Source: Klebsormidium nitens (taxonomy: Eukaryota > Plantae > Klebsormidiophyceae). Taken from it: a stretch of DNA of 64,000 nucleotides. The first letter of the stretch is position 1. Every line of letters starts with the position of its first letter. Below the pieces are notes generated by a model. That model saw nothing but the letters and a program-made list of their open reading frames with translations. It made no database searches and was not told where the DNA came from. The stretch spans positions 186,001-250,000 of the forward strand of contig DF236970.1 of assembly GCA_000708835.1 (NCBI GenBank). The letters run 5' to 3'. Made by a program: the position numbers and the translations under genes. Of this stretch, positions 61,601-64,000 are shown piece by piece.

Positions 61601-62227
61601 CTTTAGTCGGCTTCAATGAGCTGTTTCCGGACTGCCGGGGGCACACAGCCATCGACGAGATGACCACGCTTAACCCTGTTTAAAAGCGGGTTAAGAGTAC
61701 TTGTCTTTGAGGTTTACTTGGGTTTCCCTCAGTCGGCTTCATCGGATGTTTGCGGATCGCCGGGGGCCCGAATGCCATCGACGAGGTGACTAAACTTAAC
61801 CCCTTTCTAACTAAGTTAAGAGTGCCGGATTTCATGTTATCTCTGGCTGCCTTCAGTCATCTTCAACGTGCTGGTTGCAGACCGCTGGTGTCACACGGCC
61901 ATCGACGAGGTAACTACGCTTAACCCTGTCATAACCGCACAGAAATGCTTGAATCCGAGGTCGGTAAACTTCAATTGCCTACAGTCAGCACAATTTCACG
62001 GTTTTGCGTTCAAGAAACGTCGCCCAAACTTGATCAATTCGCCTCTCTCTGCGCAGGCTGCATCCGGGAACCACGCCAAAGTGGTGGCGTATCTAGAGGC
62101 GGCGAAAGAAAAGATGAGTGCGGAAGGCAAGTCAGCGCCCGAACAGGCCCTGCTGGATTCGGAGGAGCGCATCCAGGAGCGCTTCCGGCGGATGGAATCC
62201 TTTGGCAGAGCGGTGAGCGGAACATGA
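49666..62227 (+). CDS. Shaker-type voltage-gated K+ channel with cNMP-binding-homology domain and ankyrin repeats (SKOR/GORK-like), ~787 aa
   Basis: join(49666..49901,50828..50855,51966..52225,52855..52989,53609..53666,54495..54619,55212..55413,55992..56108,56440..56694,57327..57512,58708..58902,59433..59643,61260..61444,62057..62227), all 13 phases consistent. S4 KLWRLKRIGRLF, EKDIRINY, pore TTTGYGD, S6 YVLGNMTAIIVK, cNBD FMPGEVII/GDLFGEIGV, ankyrin DYDGRTPLHLAA, DNFGTTPL, DYDFRTALHVAA, DRWGHTAI. No KHA domain seen. Confidence 0.93.
52715..60155 (+). repeat. Other K+ channel exon-edge echoes
   Basis: ~52715-52785, 54300-54370, 57165-57230, 57635-57665, 57770-57805, 57825-57860, 58365-58440, 58560-58650, 59250-59320, 59700-59760, 59850-59895, 60095-60155. 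Confidence 0.8.
59653..59936 (+). repeat. Short telomere-like (T)TTTAGGG tracts inside a K+ channel intron
   Basis: tttagggttttagggtttgg (59653-59672), tttagggtttgg (59786-59797), ggttttaggattttagggtgttagggtttggg (~59906-59936). Confidence 0.5.
60235..61259 (+). repeat. Six-copy tandem array (~155-182 bp unit) of branch region + acceptor + first ~20 codons of the K+ channel ankyrin exon 61260
   Basis: Acceptor-equivalent positions end at ~60240, 60420, 60602, 60777, 60944, 61099 and the real 61259; each is followed by a GNVEYLKRLLEYGA-like reading. Confidence 0.92.
61505..61925 (+). repeat. Four-copy array (~103-126 bp spacing) of K+ channel exon end + donor (exon ending 61444)
   Basis: gccatcgacgag|gt-like ends at 61547, 61659 (donor mutated to at), 61785 and 61909. 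Confidence 0.9.
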
Positions 62228-62599
62228 ATGTATCTTATGAGATTCAAAAATGTAGTGGCCTTTCAAGTGTGTCTGTTATTGCAAGAAAAAAGGTGATGCT
62301 TCGCAAGTCTTGGCTGGACTCCGTAATCCCGTCTTGAGTGCACCAGCGATATCAAGAACAATTTGGAGGTTATTGATTCTTCGTTGGGCGAAAGCCAAGA
62401 TTGTTTGACAAAAAGAGCGCATCGCACTCCTGTTCTGATTGATTCGACGGGAGAGGCGTAGTTCGCTCTTTGGGGCCTTACAGACTCATTGTTGGGCTGT
62501 CGTAGTCCCTTTGCAAGCGCAGAGTTGTCCAACCGATGGTTGCTTTGGGCCCGTCTATTCTCACAAGTGGGACTAGAAGAGCTTCCTCTTAACGTGCAA

Positions 62600-63811
62600 A
62601 TGGAAACTACCCGGAGCAGGACTCCCACGTTTGCGGCAAGACGAAGAGCTCTCAATAAATGGCGAGCCTTTTTGCGTCTTCGATACCCGTCCGATCCTCC
62701 GTCAAACGAAGTGGACCGCCAAAGTCGATCCGATCACGATCTGGCATCTTGTCCGCATGCAGTCGCTCAACGTCGAGTCAGAAAGACTTCGGCCACTGAA
62801 AAGGGAACTTCCGCCACTGTGAAGAGAATTGCCAAGTCAGTTGCCCATACGGGTTCTCATCTCAATAGGCTTCGCAACCTGCGACCCCCAAAACATTCTT
62901 CAGAACCTACAGCGTGTTCCCCCCGCAGTCATCCCATCACAGGGTTGAAGCAAGATGACTTGAGCACCGTAGATTTTCAAGTATAAATCTTCAAACCCCA
63001 AAAGCTGTCCCCCTTCACATAACGTATCGACTTTTCCCCTGCTCAAAGCGTATAAGCGATCCCCCTGCAGCCGCCCCTGCAAAAGCCGAAGGCGGAGAAG
63101 CTGATCCACCGAGGGAGCCCCCTGGAAGCGATGCTTACCGCCCACACTTCGCATATGGCCCGCCCCGGCGGGGGGGAGCTGGACTCAGAGGCGCCAGTCG
63201 TAAGTTACCCCCTCCTTTGCACCGATTCTGCGCTGTGCTTTTTTCACGTCTGACCGGGTTGATTGGACCCTCTGCTTCGATCTACTCGAATCCTTTCACG
63301 TAAACATCAATTATCAGAGATGTGTGATCAAGGCTAGGTTGCTTACGGTACGAACTAGAGGTGTGGGTTTGCGGAGCACGAGGCTTTTGACTCGATGTTT
63401 CTCGCCCCATCCCGCCGCATGTTGGAACTAACGGATGTCGTCAGTGTTGCTGCTCGCCTGACACGGAGGTCTTTGCAACACTCTCCTCATGAATCTGCGC
63501 TTCTGTGAATCATCCATCACTAAGGATTGGTCGGCTCAGGAAACGTAACTGACTGCATTTTGAGAGGCGGCGATGTAAACACAGTATCTGACGCGCAAAA
63601 GAGGGGCCGAGCACGCGTGAAGCGGGCGACACAGCCATGGGATCAGCGTTCCGGCTTCCGCTGATGCTCCGTCCGTTGTTCCGTCCAGGTCGCGATGGCG
63701 GCCGCGGCGCGGGGCGTGGGCAGGAGTCTGACGCAGCGCGCGTGGCAGGAGGCGGGGTCGTACGGGGGACCGGCGCCGGCCGGCATGTCGGGGCGGCACT
63801 CGCCGTCACTG
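62600..63811 (+). CDS. 5' exons of an unknown protein continuing beyond the window
   Basis: join(62600..62980,63071..63199,63689..63811,...) with canonical GT/AG and all phase 0; open frame METTRSRTPTF...VDFQ|PPLQKPKAEK...EAPV|VAMAAAARG...HSPSL. No recognisable domain. Confidence 0.4.
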
Positions 63812-64000
63812 GTAAGAAAACAGTTCAAGACATTGAATCTAATCAAGCGATTCATTTCAAGCAATGGGTGTCAAGGGAAGATCGTGGGGCTTTCTGCCTC
63901 CTACTCAAAAGCCATTAACTCCGACATGCGACAACCTGAAGAGTCGCTGTCTGACCCTTCGCCCTAGCCTTCGACCCTTCCGACTGGAGCGCCGGACCTT

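Noticed and set aside
60235-61925. Echo arrays as CRISPR or as mutually exclusive cassette exons
   Set aside because: No fixed repeat-spacer structure. Each copy has only one splice site (acceptor or donor), so none forms a complete cassette exon.

Overview
Intron-rich eukaryotic genomic DNA. The gene mix (B12-dependent methylmalonyl-CoA mutase, two GT34 glycosyltransferases, an AA5 glyoxal/galactose oxidase, a SKOR-like Shaker channel, a class-3 lipase) suggests a streptophyte alga such as Klebsormidium; this is inference. By hand I reconstructed phase-consistent GT/GC-AG spliced models for MUT (3' part), GT34-a, GLOX, GT34-b, a 992-aa NZF-RING-IBR-like-UBC fusion, a lipase, GAR1 and a Shaker K+ channel, plus the start of an unknown gene at the right edge. 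Three things are absent from the ORF track. (1) Introns hold degenerate 'echoes' of the adjacent exon edge plus splice site. Many differ from the real exon mainly at synonymous positions although they appear non-coding. (2) A spliced non-coding transcript head-to-head with GAR1 carries two box C/D snoRNA candidates in its introns. (3) A cryptic 3-exon, ~122-aa Cys/His protein gene lies head-to-head with the K+ channel, only 80 nt away. All exon coordinates and substitution counts are manual and should be confirmed with RNA-seq and alignments.
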